From the NCBI GenBank assembly GCA_009923495.1, contig RFTJ01000002.1, positions 65,898 through 129,897 on the forward strand: a stretch of DNA of 64,000 nt, written 5' to 3'. The notes beneath the pieces were generated by a model. That model worked only from the letters and a program-made list of their open reading frames with translations. It was not told where the DNA came from and made no database searches. Source of the DNA: Actinomycetota bacterium. Its GTDB lineage: Bacteria > Actinomycetota > Actinomycetes > S36-B12 > UBA5976. Below, one piece after another: positions 27,882 to 39,000 of this stretch (its first letter is position 1; each line of letters begins with the position of its first letter). The position numbers and the translations under genes were made by a program.

Positions 27882-29061
27882 GTCTGAAACTCGCAATGTT
27901 GGCCAAGTAGCCAGAGACATTACGCGCAGTTTCGCTGACATGATCGCCACCGAATTTCTCGAGTACCGCCTGCGCCAAAACTAGGGCCACCATTGCTTCT
28001 GCTACCACGCCAGCGGCCGGGACAGCGCAAGCGTCAGATCGTTGATTGATTGCTGTTGTTGCCTCGCCAGTAGCAACATCAACAGTTGCTAATGCCTTGG
28101 GTACCGTCGAGATGGGTTTCATTGCAGCCCGAACACGCAGCATCTCCCCAGTGCTCATGCCACCTTCAGTACCGCCACTACGAGACGTGTGCCGACGCAA
28201 GACCCCATCATCGTTAAAGATTTCATCGTGTGCCGCAGACCCTCGCCGGGTTGCTACCGCAAAGCCATCACCAATTTCAACACCTTTTATGGCCTGAATT
28301 CCCATCAACGCAGCAGCTAATTGAGAATCCAACCTGCGGTCCCAATGCACATGTGAACCCAAACCAACCGGTACACCGTGTGCGACAACCTCAACAACAC
28401 CGCCTAAGGTATCCCCATCATCATGTGCAGCCTTAATCTCAGCCTGCATAGCCTGGCTATCTGATGGGGCGAAGCATCGAACGGGATCGTCGTCAATTTG
28501 CGCTAGGTTGGAAATACTTGGCGTCGTTGTGTTTGTCGAAAATACCGAACCAATGGCAACTACGTGACTTAGAATTTCTATGCCAGCAACTTGCCGCAAG
28601 AATCTTTTGGCGACTTCGCCCAAAGCTACTCGGGCCGCTGTTTCTCTGGCACTGGCCCGTTCCAAAATTGGTCGAACGTCATCCAAGGCGTACTTCTGCA
28701 TACCTGCCAGATCAGCATGCCCGGGTCGAGGGCGAGTTAGCGGAGCATTGCGAGCTAAGGAAGCGAGCTCTTCCTGCGGCACGGGGTCAGCAGCCATCAC
28801 TTTGTCCCATTTGGGCCATTCAGAGTTCGCAATCGAGATGGCAATCGGCCCACCCATAGAAAGTCCATGCCGGATGCCGCCGGTTAGCGTGACCTCATCC
28901 TGCTCGAATTTCATCCGCGCACCCCGGCCGTAACCAAGTCGACGTCTAGCCAGGGCGGCTTGAATATCTGATGTAGTCACTTCTATGCCAGCGGGTAAAC
29001 CCTCGATTACGGCAGTCAGGCTCGGGCCATGTGACTCTCCAGCGGTTAACCAACGCAACAT
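27874..29061 (-). CDS. aroC: Chorismate synthase
   Basis: [45 protein letters not shown]. Confidence 0.96.
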   Translation of the reverse strand: MLRWLTAGESHGPSLTAVIEGLPAGIEVTTSDIQAALARRRLGYGRGARMKFEQDEVTLTGGIRHGLSMGGPIAISIANSEWPKWDKVMAADPVPQEELASLARNAPLTRPRPGHADLAGMQKYALDDVRPILERASARETAARVALGEVAKRFLRQVAGIEILSHVVAIGSVFSTNTTTPSISNLAQIDDDPVRCFAPSDSQAMQAEIKAAHDDGDTLGGVVEVVAHGVPVGLGSHVHWDRRLDSQLAAALMGIQAIKGVEIGDGFAVATRRGSAAHDEIFNDDGVLRRHTSRSGGTEGGMSTGEMLRVRAAMKPISTVPKALATVDVATGEATTAINQRSDACAVPAAGVVAEAMVALVLAQAVLEKFGGDHVSETARNVSGYLANIASFRRD

Positions 29062-29098
29062 GCCTCTATTGTTTCATGTTCGGCGCTACTAAGGCTAA

Positions 29099-29575
29099 TC
29101 AGACACTGAATAAGGAGTAGCCGACTCCGATGACGACTGCAAGGTACATGAAGGGTCCAAAGGCAATTGCAGTTTTACGATTTAACCTGCCTAGAACGAG
29201 CAAGCCAGCCGAAAATAGTCCCGCTAGAGAAAACATAAGCCAAACTATAACTAGCCAGTTTTGTGAACAGTACCAGCCAATAATCAAAGCGCAAGCAATC
29301 GCAAATTTGACATCACCCATCCCTAATTGGCCTCTACTTAGCAGGTACAGAGTGCAGAAAATGCAGATGATGTAGGCAAGAACTTGAAAGGTACTTAGAA
29401 CTCGCACCCACTGATTAGAAATCACGGCCCAACCCATTTCAATGAGTAGCACCAGGGTGGCCAAGATAAAATTTGCTTGATTGGGCAATCGATGTGTTTT
29501 AACATCTACCCAACTCAGTAAAGCGCCAAGCACCACAAAGATGTAAAACGGTGCGAACTCAATGATGGAGATCAT
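29099..29575 (-). CDS. A24-family prepilin (type IV leader) peptidase, short form without a methyltransferase domain
   Basis: 158 aa, polytopic membrane protein. The two catalytic Asp contexts are WVDVKTHRLPN and GMGDVKF. Confidence 0.75.
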   Translation of the reverse strand: MISIIEFAPFYIFVVLGALLSWVDVKTHRLPNQANFILATLVLLIEMGWAVISNQWVRVLSTFQVLAYIICIFCTLYLLSRGQLGMGDVKFAIACALIIGWYCSQNWLVIVWLMFSLAGLFSAGLLVLGRLNRKTAIAFGPFMYLAVVIGVGYSLFSV

Positions 29576-29603
29576 TTGAACGACCCTGCAAAAAGGGGAA
29601 GTT

Positions 29604-30395
29604 TTAGAGCGACGCCTCTAGTGCAGCGCGCATTGCTTTCAGTGGCGCGCTTTGACCGGTAAAGAGTTCGTATTGTGCGACTGCTTGATGGAGCAACATG
29701 AGATGGCCTGGACACGAACGCCCCCCTGCATCTTCCCATTGACTACTGATGACTGTTGGCCAAGGTCGATAGACCACGTCAAGCAAGAGTCCTGAAACCG
29801 TAAGTTCGGGTTTCAGGTAAGTATCTGCAACTCCTGCTGGCGTAGTGTTAATGACCAAGTCACTTTCCCAACATTGTGCATTGTCAGCGCTCGTTGCCTG
29901 AAAAGTTATCCCCAGTTCTGTGGCAATCTCATCGCAGACCAAGATTGCCTCAGGATTCCGAGCAACAAGGTGAATTTGTTGCACCCCTAGTTCATGTGCT
30001 GCCACTATGGCAGACCTTGCAGTCGCACCGGAACCTAAAATGGAACAAGTTTTTGCCGCTCCTATTTCACTTTCCTGACAGGCACGCACTATTCCGTACA
30101 CATCAGTGTTGTAAGCGACAATTTGATCAGCAAATACAAGAGTGTTTATCGATCCGGTTAATTGAACCAGTGGTGTCAACTCTTCAGCGACTGAGAATGC
30201 AGCTACTTTCAGTGGCATTGTCAGGGACAGTCCTAGCCACTGTTCGTCGCAATTAGAAACAAACGCAGCCAACTCGTTCTCTGCAATCTCTATCGCTGAG
30301 TACGTATGCGGCAGATTCTGAGCTTGGTAGCCGGCAGTATGAATTGCAGGTGAAAGTGAGTGCAAAATTGGCTTGCCCAGCACGGCAGCTTTCAT
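29604..30395 (-). CDS. aroE: Shikimate dehydrogenase
   Basis: GKPILHSLSPAIH, SLTMPLK, NTD, ILGSGATARS. ATG at 30395 sits just after the mltG TGA. The track alternative is 30419. Confidence 0.9.
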   Translation of the reverse strand: MKAAVLGKPILHSLSPAIHTAGYQAQNLPHTYSAIEIAENELAAFVSNCDEQWLGLSLTMPLKVAAFSVAEELTPLVQLTGSINTLVFADQIVAYNTDVYGIVRACQESEIGAAKTCSILGSGATARSAIVAAHELGVQQIHLVARNPEAILVCDEIATELGITFQATSADNAQCWESDLVINTTPAGVADTYLKPELTVSGLLLDVVYRPWPTVISSQWEDAGGRSCPGHLMLLHQAVAQYELFTGQSAPLKAMRAALEASL

Positions 30396-30396
30396 C

Positions 30397-31461
30397 TCAA
30401 CAAGCCCCCTGATTCGCACTGCAGAAATTTAGGAACTCATCTTTAAATCGTAGGAATTCGAGATACGAGGAGGTGAACTTTGTTTCCTGAGTATCTAGGT
30501 TTGTTGTTATGAAATACAGCCAATCTCCGTTAGCCGGCTTTGCTGCTGATTCAATAGCCTGAACGCCTGGATTATTGATCGGACCAGGCGGAAGTCCATC
30601 ATTGAGGTACGTGTTGTACGGCGTAGCAGTAGTCAATTCGCGATCCGACAAAATCACTTTCTTTTTATTCAAGCCATAAGCAACGGTCGAATCCATTTGC
30701 AATCTCATAGGCGCTGCCAACCGATTTAAGATAACCCGAGCCACTTTCGAATAATCTCGCGGGTGAGACTCTGCCTGCAAAATCGAGGCAACTGTGAGTA
30801 ATTGATGTGGCGTAAGTCCGAGCTTCTTTGCATGTATCGGCAAGCCCACGGAGTCGTACTCGACACAAGCTTTTTGAATCATGATTCGTAGAATCTGCGA
30901 TGCGGTGGCAGCCGCTGGGAAGTCGTAGGTGGCCGGAAACAAAAACCCCTCAGCATTTCCATGAGCCCAAGTTGGTAGACCTACTTTTTGTGGTGATTTT
31001 AATGCCACCACAAATTCACTCTCGGGGATTTTAGTTTCTTGTGAGAGCAGACTAATAATTTCCGAATTTCTTAATCCTTCACGAATTAACAACCCCGAGT
31101 AAATACGATTAGTTGGATCAAATAACGCCGACAATGCTGCTGCAACTGGCAACTTAGTCCGAATCCGGTAAATACCAGGCTGCAATTGACTACAAGTGTC
31201 AGTATCTGCACATAATCCGACAAAGCGGTCAACTGAGGAAATCACGCCCTGTGCCTTTAGAATGTTTGCGATTTGGCTGACCGTTTGGCCCTTCGCAATC
31301 TTGATTTTTGTTATTTGCTCGCCTGAGCCGCGATAGTCAGCTGGAGGTAACACGCCTTTAATGACCCAGAGTCCTAGAACTAGAAAAATTCCAGCAATTG
31401 TGAAAACGCCAAGCAAAGTAGACTTCTTGGCTTTCGATGGAACGCTTTCCTTTGAGTTCAT
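30397..31461 (-). CDS. mltG: Endolytic murein transglycosylase MltG (YceG-like)
   Basis: N-terminal TM helix. ASILQAESHPRDYSKVARVILNRL, LQMDSTVAYG, PYNTYLNDGLPPGPINNPG. Confidence 0.9.
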   Translation of the reverse strand: MNSKESVPSKAKKSTLLGVFTIAGIFLVLGLWVIKGVLPPADYRGSGEQITKIKIAKGQTVSQIANILKAQGVISSVDRFVGLCADTDTCSQLQPGIYRIRTKLPVAAALSALFDPTNRIYSGLLIREGLRNSEIISLLSQETKIPESEFVVALKSPQKVGLPTWAHGNAEGFLFPATYDFPAAATASQILRIMIQKACVEYDSVGLPIHAKKLGLTPHQLLTVASILQAESHPRDYSKVARVILNRLAAPMRLQMDSTVAYGLNKKKVILSDRELTTATPYNTYLNDGLPPGPINNPGVQAIESAAKPANGDWLYFITTNLDTQETKFTSSYLEFLRFKDEFLNFCSANQGAC

Positions 31462-31480
31462 TTTTCTAGGTTACTTGGTG

Positions 31481-31954
31481 CTAGTGGACTTGAGTGCCAG
31501 CAAGGGATCCTGTACGCCGCTCTATGGCTAGAGCTAGTTCCAAGATTTCCACCGCTGCCGCTTGGTCAATAAAGCCTCTGCTTTCCTTGATGGTTTTCCC
31601 GCCGTTTCTCGCAAGAGCCTGAGCACTGGCAGTTGATAGGCGCTCATCGACTAGTTGAATTGGTATTGAAACACTTTGTTGTGCAAGATGCACTTTTAAG
31701 TCAGCACCGAATTTACGCACTGATTGAGTCGCCATCGTGTCTGCACCCAAGAGGTTAACTGGCAGGCCAAGGTATATGGCAGAGGGGTCAAAATCAATCA
31801 GTAGCTGCTCAATCTGTGCAAAAACGTCTTCAGAATTTTGCAGCGTAGTGACCGGAACCGCTAGTAATTGGTGCGAATCGCAGCGCGCTACCCCAATTCT
31901 TACTTGCCCGAAATCTAATGAGATTCGGACCCCAGACTCGGGCAACTTAGTCAA
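31481..31954 (-). CDS. ruvX: Putative pre-16S rRNA nuclease / Holliday junction resolvase-like RuvX (YqgF)
   Basis: ISLDFGQVRIGVARCD, IYLGLP, VDERLST. Confidence 0.88.
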   Translation of the reverse strand: MTKLPESGVRISLDFGQVRIGVARCDSHQLLAVPVTTLQNSEDVFAQIEQLLIDFDPSAIYLGLPVNLLGADTMATQSVRKFGADLKVHLAQQSVSIPIQLVDERLSTASAQALARNGGKTIKESRGFIDQAAAVEILELALAIERRTGSLAGTQVH

Positions 31955-34607
31955 GCAGACCTGCTGAAAGGCTCTCGAACGCTAACTCTAGATTTTCAAG
32001 GCTGGGTCCTGCTCCCTGAGCCATCTCAGCATTCCCCCCGCCTCTGCCCGAGACGAACGGCAGAACCTTATTTGCAATAGATTTCGCCGACAGTCCACTT
32101 GTTCGAGCAGCGTTGTCTGTTGCTACTACGAATGAAACTTTATCCGCGCTGATGCAAGCTGCTACCAGGATGTTGTTATTTGTCTTGAGCTCACCCTTTG
32201 CTGAGGTAACAAGGTCACGCAATTCAGTAGGCTCCGTTCCAACTGGGGCAGTAAACCGATACAGATTAGTGTCGCCAATTCTGGTTGGCGGGCCGACAAG
32301 TCCAGCGAGGTCGCCTAGCAATGCCTGCTTTCGTGCCTTAGCGATTTCCCGTTCAGCAGTTCGCAATCTTTCCAGAGTTTGACCGACGCGATCTACTAAC
32401 TCCTCTGGGCGAGATTTCATGATCTCTGTGAGTTGGTTAACGAGATGGTGTTCGCGAGCCAGAAAACGATAAGCGTCTGAGCCAACCAGTGCCTCGACTC
32501 GCCTAACACCAGCGCCAATCGAACTTTCGGACAAGAAAGTAACTAAGCCAAGCTGACCCGTAGCGGTGGTGTGTGTTCCGCCGCAAAGTTCTCGCGCCCA
32601 ATCGCCAACGCTTACTACCCGCACTTGGTCGCCGTACTTCTCGCCGAATAAGGCCATGGCTCCAGAGTCACGTGCCTGCGCTTGCGTCATGTATTCGGCG
32701 CTGATCTTCAGATCTTGAATCAGTATTTCATTCACTCGCGCTTCGACATCCGCCAAAACCGAGGCGGGAACTGGTCCACTGCTCGGGAAATCAAAGCGGA
32801 ACCGGCCGGGAGCATTCTCTGAACCCATTTGAGTTGCAGTTTCTCCAAGAGCTTCACGGAAAGCTTTGTGTACCATGTGAGTCGCAGTGTGAGCACGCGA
32901 AATCGCCAACCTGCGCGGTACATCGACTTCAGACATTGCCGCTGCACCAACCGAGACTGTACCGCTCAATACTCTGCCTCTATGTACAAATAAACCAGGC
33001 ACAGGAGTCTGGACATCGTTGATTTCGACTGTAGTACCGTCGGCCAAAATGATTTTTCCATGATCACCAAGTTGACCGCCGCCTTCAGCGTAGAAAGAGG
33101 TGCGTGACAACACCACTTCAACTTCCTGACCAGCACTGGCGCCCTTTACATCCGTGCCGTCTACGATGATCCCGGCGATTTTCGTTTCGGTTTCAGTTTC
33201 GCTGTATCCGGTAAATTCCGTGGTGCCCGCTGAGTTCATGATCTCTCGATACAAAGTAACGGGGGCAACACCGCTCTTGCGTGCTTGCGCATCGGCCTTG
33301 GCTCGAGATCTTTGCTCTTGCATCAGGCGGCGGAAGCCATCTTCGTCAACACTGATGCCCTGTTCACTGGCCATCTCAAGCGTCAAATCGATTGGGAAGC
33401 CGAAAGTATCATGCAGGGCAAAAGCAGAGTCGCCGGATAGTTTCGCATTCCCGGTTGCTTTTAATTCTTTAACCGCTACATCAAACATTGATGTTCCACG
33501 CTCAAGCGTCTGCAGGAAGGATTCTTCCTCAGCGACGGCAACGGCAACCAGTCGAGTGCGATCGGCCGCTAGTTCTGGGTACTGAGTTGACATGGAAAGA
33601 ATGGTTGCATCCATTAAATCGCCCATAGCAGGATCACCACAACCTAGTAGACGCATGTTGCGCACAACTCGACGAAGAATCCGGCGCAGAACATAACCTC
33701 TTCCTTCATTGCCCGGTAAAACACCGTCAGCAATCATGAATGCACAAGTGCGCGTGTGGTCAGCAACCACTCGCAATGCGATATCTGACTTAACATCTCT
33801 GCCATACGGCTGACCGCTTAGTGCACTTGCCCGATCGAGAGTGATCTTTGTGGTGTCTATTTCGTAGATGTTATCCACGTTTTGCAATAGCGCTGCCATG
33901 CGCTCAAGACCCATGCCTGTGTCAATGTTCTTGGCCGGAAGTTCCCCGAGAATTGGGTACCCTTCTTTGCCTGGTCCATCTCCGCGCTCAAACTGCATGA
34001 AGACAAGATTCCAAATCTCTAGATATCTTGACTCGTCGGCAATCGGTCCACCATCACGACCATGCTCGGGACCACGATCGTAGTAAATTTCAGAACACGG
34101 ACCGCATGGTCCAGGTACACCCATGGACCAGAAGTTGTCTGCCATGTCGCGGCGCTGAATCCGCTCGAGGGGAATCCCTATCTGTTTGTGCCAAATCTCG
34201 GCACTTTCGTCGTCGTCAAGATAAACCGTTACCCAGAGTTTGTCCTCAGGAAATCCATAACCACCATCGGTCTGCGATTTCGTCAATAATTCCCAGGCGA
34301 ATCTGATTGCATCTGCTTTGAAGTAGTCACCAAAGGAAAAGTTTCCGCACATTTGGAAGAATGAAGCGTGCCGTGTGGTTTTTCCAACCTCATCAATATC
34401 TAAGGTGCGGACGCACTTCTGGACACTTGCGGCCCTTGCATAAGGTGGCGTTGCCTCGCCAAGGAAATATGGCTTGAATGGAACCATGCCAGCATTAATA
34501 AACAGAAGTGTCGGATCATCTAGAATCAAACTCGCACTTGGGACAACAGTGTGGCCGTTATTTGCAAAATAATCTAAAAACCGTTGACGGATGTTAGCGG
34601 ATTCCAC
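31947..34607 (-). CDS. alaS: Alanine--tRNA ligase
   Basis: 886 aa. IRQRFLDYFANNGHTVVPSASL, FINAGMVPFK, and the editing-domain HTATH motif (RAHTATHMVH). Confidence 0.97.
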   Translation of the reverse strand: MESANIRQRFLDYFANNGHTVVPSASLILDDPTLLFINAGMVPFKPYFLGEATPPYARAASVQKCVRTLDIDEVGKTTRHASFFQMCGNFSFGDYFKADAIRFAWELLTKSQTDGGYGFPEDKLWVTVYLDDDESAEIWHKQIGIPLERIQRRDMADNFWSMGVPGPCGPCSEIYYDRGPEHGRDGGPIADESRYLEIWNLVFMQFERGDGPGKEGYPILGELPAKNIDTGMGLERMAALLQNVDNIYEIDTTKITLDRASALSGQPYGRDVKSDIALRVVADHTRTCAFMIADGVLPGNEGRGYVLRRILRRVVRNMRLLGCGDPAMGDLMDATILSMSTQYPELAADRTRLVAVAVAEEESFLQTLERGTSMFDVAVKELKATGNAKLSGDSAFALHDTFGFPIDLTLEMASEQGISVDEDGFRRLMQEQRSRAKADAQARKSGVAPVTLYREIMNSAGTTEFTGYSETETETKIAGIIVDGTDVKGASAGQEVEVVLSRTSFYAEGGGQLGDHGKIILADGTTVEINDVQTPVPGLFVHRGRVLSGTVSVGAAAMSEVDVPRRLAISRAHTATHMVHKAFREALGETATQMGSENAPGRFRFDFPSSGPVPASVLADVEARVNEILIQDLKISAEYMTQAQARDSGAMALFGEKYGDQVRVVSVGDWARELCGGTHTTATGQLGLVTFLSESSIGAGVRRVEALVGSDAYRFLAREHHLVNQLTEIMKSRPEELVDRVGQTLERLRTAEREIAKARKQALLGDLAGLVGPPTRIGDTNLYRFTAPVGTEPTELRDLVTSAKGELKTNNNILVAACISADKVSFVVATDNAARTSGLSAKSIANKVLPFVSGRGGGNAEMAQGAGPSLENLELAFESLSAGLLD

Positions 34608-34666
34608 AACTTCCCCTTCGAGTGATTTGGCTTTACCTAAACCCTAGCCAATTAGCCTGGCCATGC

Positions 34667-35980
34667 CTACTTGCGCCCGAGGATTGTGCGAATCTTCTGC
34701 CAGACTGTCGACAGCCGAGTCTCGTCACCGCGCTTGGTTGGGTGGTAGTAGCGTCGCTGAGAAATCGCTTCGGGCAAATATTGAGCGGTAGCTATTCCCG
34801 AATCCAGGTCGTGCGGGTAGAGGTAAGGCTCTATCTGCCCCGATTCAGCTAATTTGGAGTAATGGCTGCCGCGAAGTGCTGAAGGAACTTCCCCTATGTT
34901 GCCAGATTGGACGTCTGCCAAGGCCGCATTGATGGCTAAATATGCGCTATTGGATTTCGGTGCTAGGGCTATTGCGATTGTCACATGTGCCAAAGTTATG
35001 CGAGCTTCGGGCATACCGATCAGGGCTACAGTTTGCGCTGCGGCACTAGCGAGCGGAAGCAATGAATTATCTGCCAAACCAACGTCCTCGCTTGCCAAGA
35101 TCATCAACCTGCGAGCAATGAATCTTGGATCTTCTCCAGCCTCTAGCATTCTGGCTAAGTAATGTAGCGCAGCATCAACATCTGAACCTCTGACACTTTT
35201 GATGAAAGCGCTAATTACGTCGTAATGCTGGGTACCGTCTTTGTCGTACCGAACTATGTTTTGTGCAGACGCACTGGCAACATCCTCTGGCAGAATTTCA
35301 ACACGCTGTTCGCCAAGGGCTTTGGCAGCACAAGCTTCCAATATAGTTAAGGCTCGGCGGGCATCTCCCCCAGCAAGGCGAACAATGTTGTCCCGAGCTA
35401 ATTCTGATAAGGTCAAGGCTCCTGAGAACCCTTTGTCACTCGCTAGAGCTCGGTCTAGCAGTTGAAGGACATCTGAATCTGCTAGCCCAGTAACCGCAAA
35501 AACTAAGGATCTAGAAAGCAGTGGTGCAACCACACTAAAAGATGGGTTCTCGGTAGTTGCTGCAATCAGCGTGATCCATCCATTTTCCACAGCAGGGAGC
35601 AAGGCATCCTGCTGAGTTTTGCTGAAGCGATGAACTTCATCTATGAAAAGCACAGTTGTACTTCCGGTGAAATTCCGATCGGTTTTGGCTTTATCGATAG
35701 CCTCACGAATTTCTTTAATGCCGGCAGTTATTGCGGATAATTCGATGAACGAAGCGCCGCCAGCCTTAGCTACCAAACCGGCTAAAGTTGTTTTACCGGT
35801 TCCAGGTGGACCCCACAAAATTACTGAGGTACCAGTAGATTCGGGATGTTCCAGCAACCGACGCAATGGGCTATGCGATCCCAGTAAATGCTGCTGTCCG
35901 ACAACTTCATCAAGGGAGTCTGGCCGCATTCGAGCGGCTAATGGTGCAGTCGGCTCACCGGCGCTGAACAACGATGTCAA
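34667..35980 (-). CDS. rarA: Replication-associated recombination protein A (MgsA/RarA AAA+ ATPase)
   Basis: MRPDSLDEVVGQQHLLG, LWGPPGTGKTTLA, LFIDEVHRFSKTQQD, and an MgsA C-terminal domain. Confidence 0.92.
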   Translation of the reverse strand: MTSLFSAGEPTAPLAARMRPDSLDEVVGQQHLLGSHSPLRRLLEHPESTGTSVILWGPPGTGKTTLAGLVAKAGGASFIELSAITAGIKEIREAIDKAKTDRNFTGSTTVLFIDEVHRFSKTQQDALLPAVENGWITLIAATTENPSFSVVAPLLSRSLVFAVTGLADSDVLQLLDRALASDKGFSGALTLSELARDNIVRLAGGDARRALTILEACAAKALGEQRVEILPEDVASASAQNIVRYDKDGTQHYDVISAFIKSVRGSDVDAALHYLARMLEAGEDPRFIARRLMILASEDVGLADNSLLPLASAAAQTVALIGMPEARITLAHVTIAIALAPKSNSAYLAINAALADVQSGNIGEVPSALRGSHYSKLAESGQIEPYLYPHDLDSGIATAQYLPEAISQRRYYHPTKRGDETRLSTVWQKIRTILGRK

Positions 35981-35986
35981 ACTTGG

Positions 35987-37726
35987 TTACTTTACTTCTT
36001 CGGCGAATGGATCAACATCAATGCCCGCTTCAGTTCGTTGCTGTGAAGTAATTGGAGTCGGTGCACTTGTCAATGGATCAAACCCTGCTCCAGTTTTTGG
36101 AAATGCAATGACATCGCGAAGACTTGTTGAACCAGTCAAAAGCATGCAAATACGATCCCAGCCAAATGCAATACCTCCGTGTGGTGGTGGACCAAATGCA
36201 AAGGCATCGAGCAGGAAGCCAAACTTCTCCTGGGCCTGCTCTGGACTTAGTCCGAGTAACTGGAAAACTCTTTGCTGCACGTCATGCTGGTGGATGCGGA
36301 TTGAGCCACCGCCAATTTCATTTCCATTGCAGACAATGTCGTATGCCCAGGCAAGCGCTTGATCTGGAGCCGTTTCAAAATTGTCCAGCCACTCGTCATT
36401 CGGTGAAGTAAACGGATGATGAACTGCTGTCCAGCCACCGTCGTCGGTGCGTTCAAACATTGGCGCATCGACTACCCATAAAAAGGACCATTCGTCCTCA
36501 TTTATCAAGCCGCAACGGTTGCCGACCTCAAGTCGTACCGCCCCCAATAGGGCCAAAGCTTCTGATTTTGGTCCAGCAGCAAAAAATACGCAGTCTCCGG
36601 ATTTTGCGCCTGTGTGTGCGGCAAGTCCTTCGCGCTCTGCTTCGGAGAGATTTTTAGCAACCGGGCCGCCTAAAGAACCATCGGCTTCAAAAGTAACGTA
36701 AGCCAAGCCTTTGGCTCCACGCTGTTTTGCCCATTCTTGCCACGCGTCAAAGGTCCGCCTTGGCTGGTCGGCACCGCCTGGCATCAGAACTGCACCAATG
36801 TGCTGTGCTTGGAATACACGGAATGCCGTATTGGCAAAGTATTCAGTGCAATCTATAAGTTCGAGATTAAATCTCAGGTCGGGCTTATCTGAGCCAAAAC
36901 GTCGCATGGCCTCGAAGTATGTCATTCTGGGTATCTCACCGATTTGGTGTCCTAGAATCCCCTGCCAGAGAGCGCGGACGATAGCTTCGCCAACCTGTAG
37001 TACATCGTCTTGTTCGACGAAACTCATTTCAATATCTAATTGAGTGAATTCCGGTTGGCGATCCGCACGAAAATCCTCATCGCGGTAACACCTCGCTATT
37101 TGGTAATAGCGTTCAAGGCCACCAACCATCAGAAGTTGTTTGAAAAGCTGCGGACTCTGCGGCAGTGCATACCAGTGGCCTGGTTGCAATCTCACTGGAA
37201 CAAGGAAATCGCGAGCTCCTTCAGGGGTGGAGCGAGTTAGAGTCGGTGTTTCGATCTCCAGAAATCTCTGTTCATCAAGGATTGCCCTTGCTAGGCGACC
37301 CATCTCGCTGCGAACGCGTAAGGCGTTAGCTGCCGATGGACGTCGCAAATCTAAATAGCGATACTTGAACCTTGTCTCATCGCCAACGTTGACTGAGTCA
37401 TCGATTGGAAAAGGTAAGGGAGCACTCTTGCTAAGTACAATTACCTCGTCAGCGACTACCTCTATCGCGCCTGTTGGGATGTCTAAATTTTCGTTCCCTG
37501 CAGGTCGAACTCTGACTGAGCCAGAAATCTTTAAACAAAACTCCGCTCGTAATTCGCTGGCCACAGCTTCGTCATTAACGACTACCTGAACTGTTCCCGA
37601 TGAATCTCGCAAATCTAGAAAAGCGATTCCACCATGATCTCGACGCTTAGCAACCCAGCCTGTTAGCGTTACCTGAATTCCAGAGTCTTGTTCTTGGAGT
37701 GTTCCACATTCGTGGGTGCGAAGCAT
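35987..37726 (-). CDS. aspS: Aspartate--tRNA ligase
   Basis: 579 aa. [45 protein letters not shown]. Confidence 0.97.
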   Translation of the reverse strand: MLRTHECGTLQEQDSGIQVTLTGWVAKRRDHGGIAFLDLRDSSGTVQVVVNDEAVASELRAEFCLKISGSVRVRPAGNENLDIPTGAIEVVADEVIVLSKSAPLPFPIDDSVNVGDETRFKYRYLDLRRPSAANALRVRSEMGRLARAILDEQRFLEIETPTLTRSTPEGARDFLVPVRLQPGHWYALPQSPQLFKQLLMVGGLERYYQIARCYRDEDFRADRQPEFTQLDIEMSFVEQDDVLQVGEAIVRALWQGILGHQIGEIPRMTYFEAMRRFGSDKPDLRFNLELIDCTEYFANTAFRVFQAQHIGAVLMPGGADQPRRTFDAWQEWAKQRGAKGLAYVTFEADGSLGGPVAKNLSEAEREGLAAHTGAKSGDCVFFAAGPKSEALALLGAVRLEVGNRCGLINEDEWSFLWVVDAPMFERTDDGGWTAVHHPFTSPNDEWLDNFETAPDQALAWAYDIVCNGNEIGGGSIRIHQHDVQQRVFQLLGLSPEQAQEKFGFLLDAFAFGPPPHGGIAFGWDRICMLLTGSTSLRDVIAFPKTGAGFDPLTSAPTPITSQQRTEAGIDVDPFAEEVK

Positions 37727-37737
37727 GATAATCCTTC

Positions 37738-39000
37738 TTAGCGAATTGAGCTCAGATGTTGAGGTACCAAGTCTAAAGCAATGCTGGATTGCTCCCCGCT
37801 GTCCAGGTCTTTGATCGTTACTACACCAGCAATTAGTTCATCCTGCCCGATGATTAAGGCATATCGTGCGCCGGAACGATCAGCGCCCTTCATGGCAGCT
37901 TTGATACTTCTTCCGTCCAAGGCAATTTCTGCGGCTATTCCCTGCTTTTGCAGGTGCACGCATAGCTTCACAACTGCATCGGTTGCAGAGGGATCTAACG
38001 CAATCAAATAACAGCCACGCTTATTATTGCTAGACCAATTTTCGTTTTCAGACTGTACTGCCAAACAGGTGCGATCGACACCAAGTCCGTAGCCGATTCC
38101 TGGTTGCGCGCTACCGCCCAGAGTCTCAATGAGCCGGTCGTATCGTCCGCCACCACCGATAGCGGACTGTGCACCTAATCCGTCGTGTACTAATTCAAAG
38201 GTTGTGCGCTCGTAGTAGTCCAGTCCTCTGACCAACTTCGGCGCTGATTCGTAACTAACCCCAAGTACATCAAGGTAGTGCAAGACACTTTGATGATGTG
38301 TGGAGCAATCGTCACACAAATGGTCGCCAGGCAACGGCGCTTGCCCTAACTGTGCCTGCACTTCTTCACGCTTATCATCAAGTACGCGAAGCGGGTTTAA
38401 TGCAGCCCGGCTCTTGGTGCTTTCATCCAAATTCACTTTGGCCAGGAAAATTTGCAGTAATTTTCGATACTCAGGCCTGCACTTGCTGCATCCAAGTGTA
38501 TTAACTAGGACGCGTAGCTTCTTCAGTCCAAGTAATGACCGTGGTCCGTACTGGGCCATCCAAATTATCTGCGCGTCTAACAATGGATCAGCACTTCCAA
38601 TTGCCTCAACGCCAACTTGAGTATGCTGCCGGTAGCGACCAGATTGCGGTTGTTCGTAGCGGAAATTTGGACCCGAATACCAAACTTTTACTGGCAGTGG
38701 GCCTTTGTCTAGTCGATTTTCCAAAATGGCTCGAAGTACACCCGCCGTTCCCTCTGGCCGAAGTGACAAGCTGCGCCCTGAGCGATCATCAAATGTGTAC
38801 ATTTCTTTGTTTACCACATCGGTGCTTTGGCCAACGCCGCGGACAAAAAGCGCGGTGTCTTCGAAAATCGGAGTCTCAATGTAATCAAATCCGGAAAGGA
38901 TCGCTGATTCACTCAACGCCCGCTTCACTTCAAGCCACAGTTTGGAAAACGGCGCAACGACGTCGTACGTTCCTTTCGGAGCTTTGAATAAGTCACTCAT
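37738..39000 (-). CDS. hisS: Histidine--tRNA ligase
   Basis: [41 protein letters not shown]. Confidence 0.96.
   Translation of the reverse strand: MSDLFKAPKGTYDVVAPFSKLWLEVKRALSESAILSGFDYIETPIFEDTALFVRGVGQSTDVVNKEMYTFDDRSGRSLSLRPEGTAGVLRAILENRLDKGPLPVKVWYSGPNFRYEQPQSGRYRQHTQVGVEAIGSADPLLDAQIIWMAQYGPRSLLGLKKLRVLVNTLGCSKCRPEYRKLLQIFLAKVNLDESTKSRAALNPLRVLDDKREEVQAQLGQAPLPGDHLCDDCSTHHQSVLHYLDVLGVSYESAPKLVRGLDYYERTTFELVHDGLGAQSAIGGGGRYDRLIETLGGSAQPGIGYGLGVDRTCLAVQSENENWSSNNKRGCYLIALDPSATDAVVKLCVHLQKQGIAAEIALDGRSIKAAMKGADRSGARYALIIGQDELIAGVVTIKDLDSGEQSSIALDLVPQHLSSIR

Noticed and set aside
35643-36362. 239-aa plus-strand ORF, and similar long antisense ORFs (28464-28859, 33154-33585, 41038-41631, 50887-51495, 52896-53576, 59749-60345)
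   Set aside because: Each lies wholly antisense to a strongly recognised gene (rarA/aspS, aroC, alaS, DUF349, pdxS, pimA, pabB). All have low-complexity Ser/Ala/Arg/Pro-rich composition and no recognisable motifs or RBS. These are shadow ORFs.
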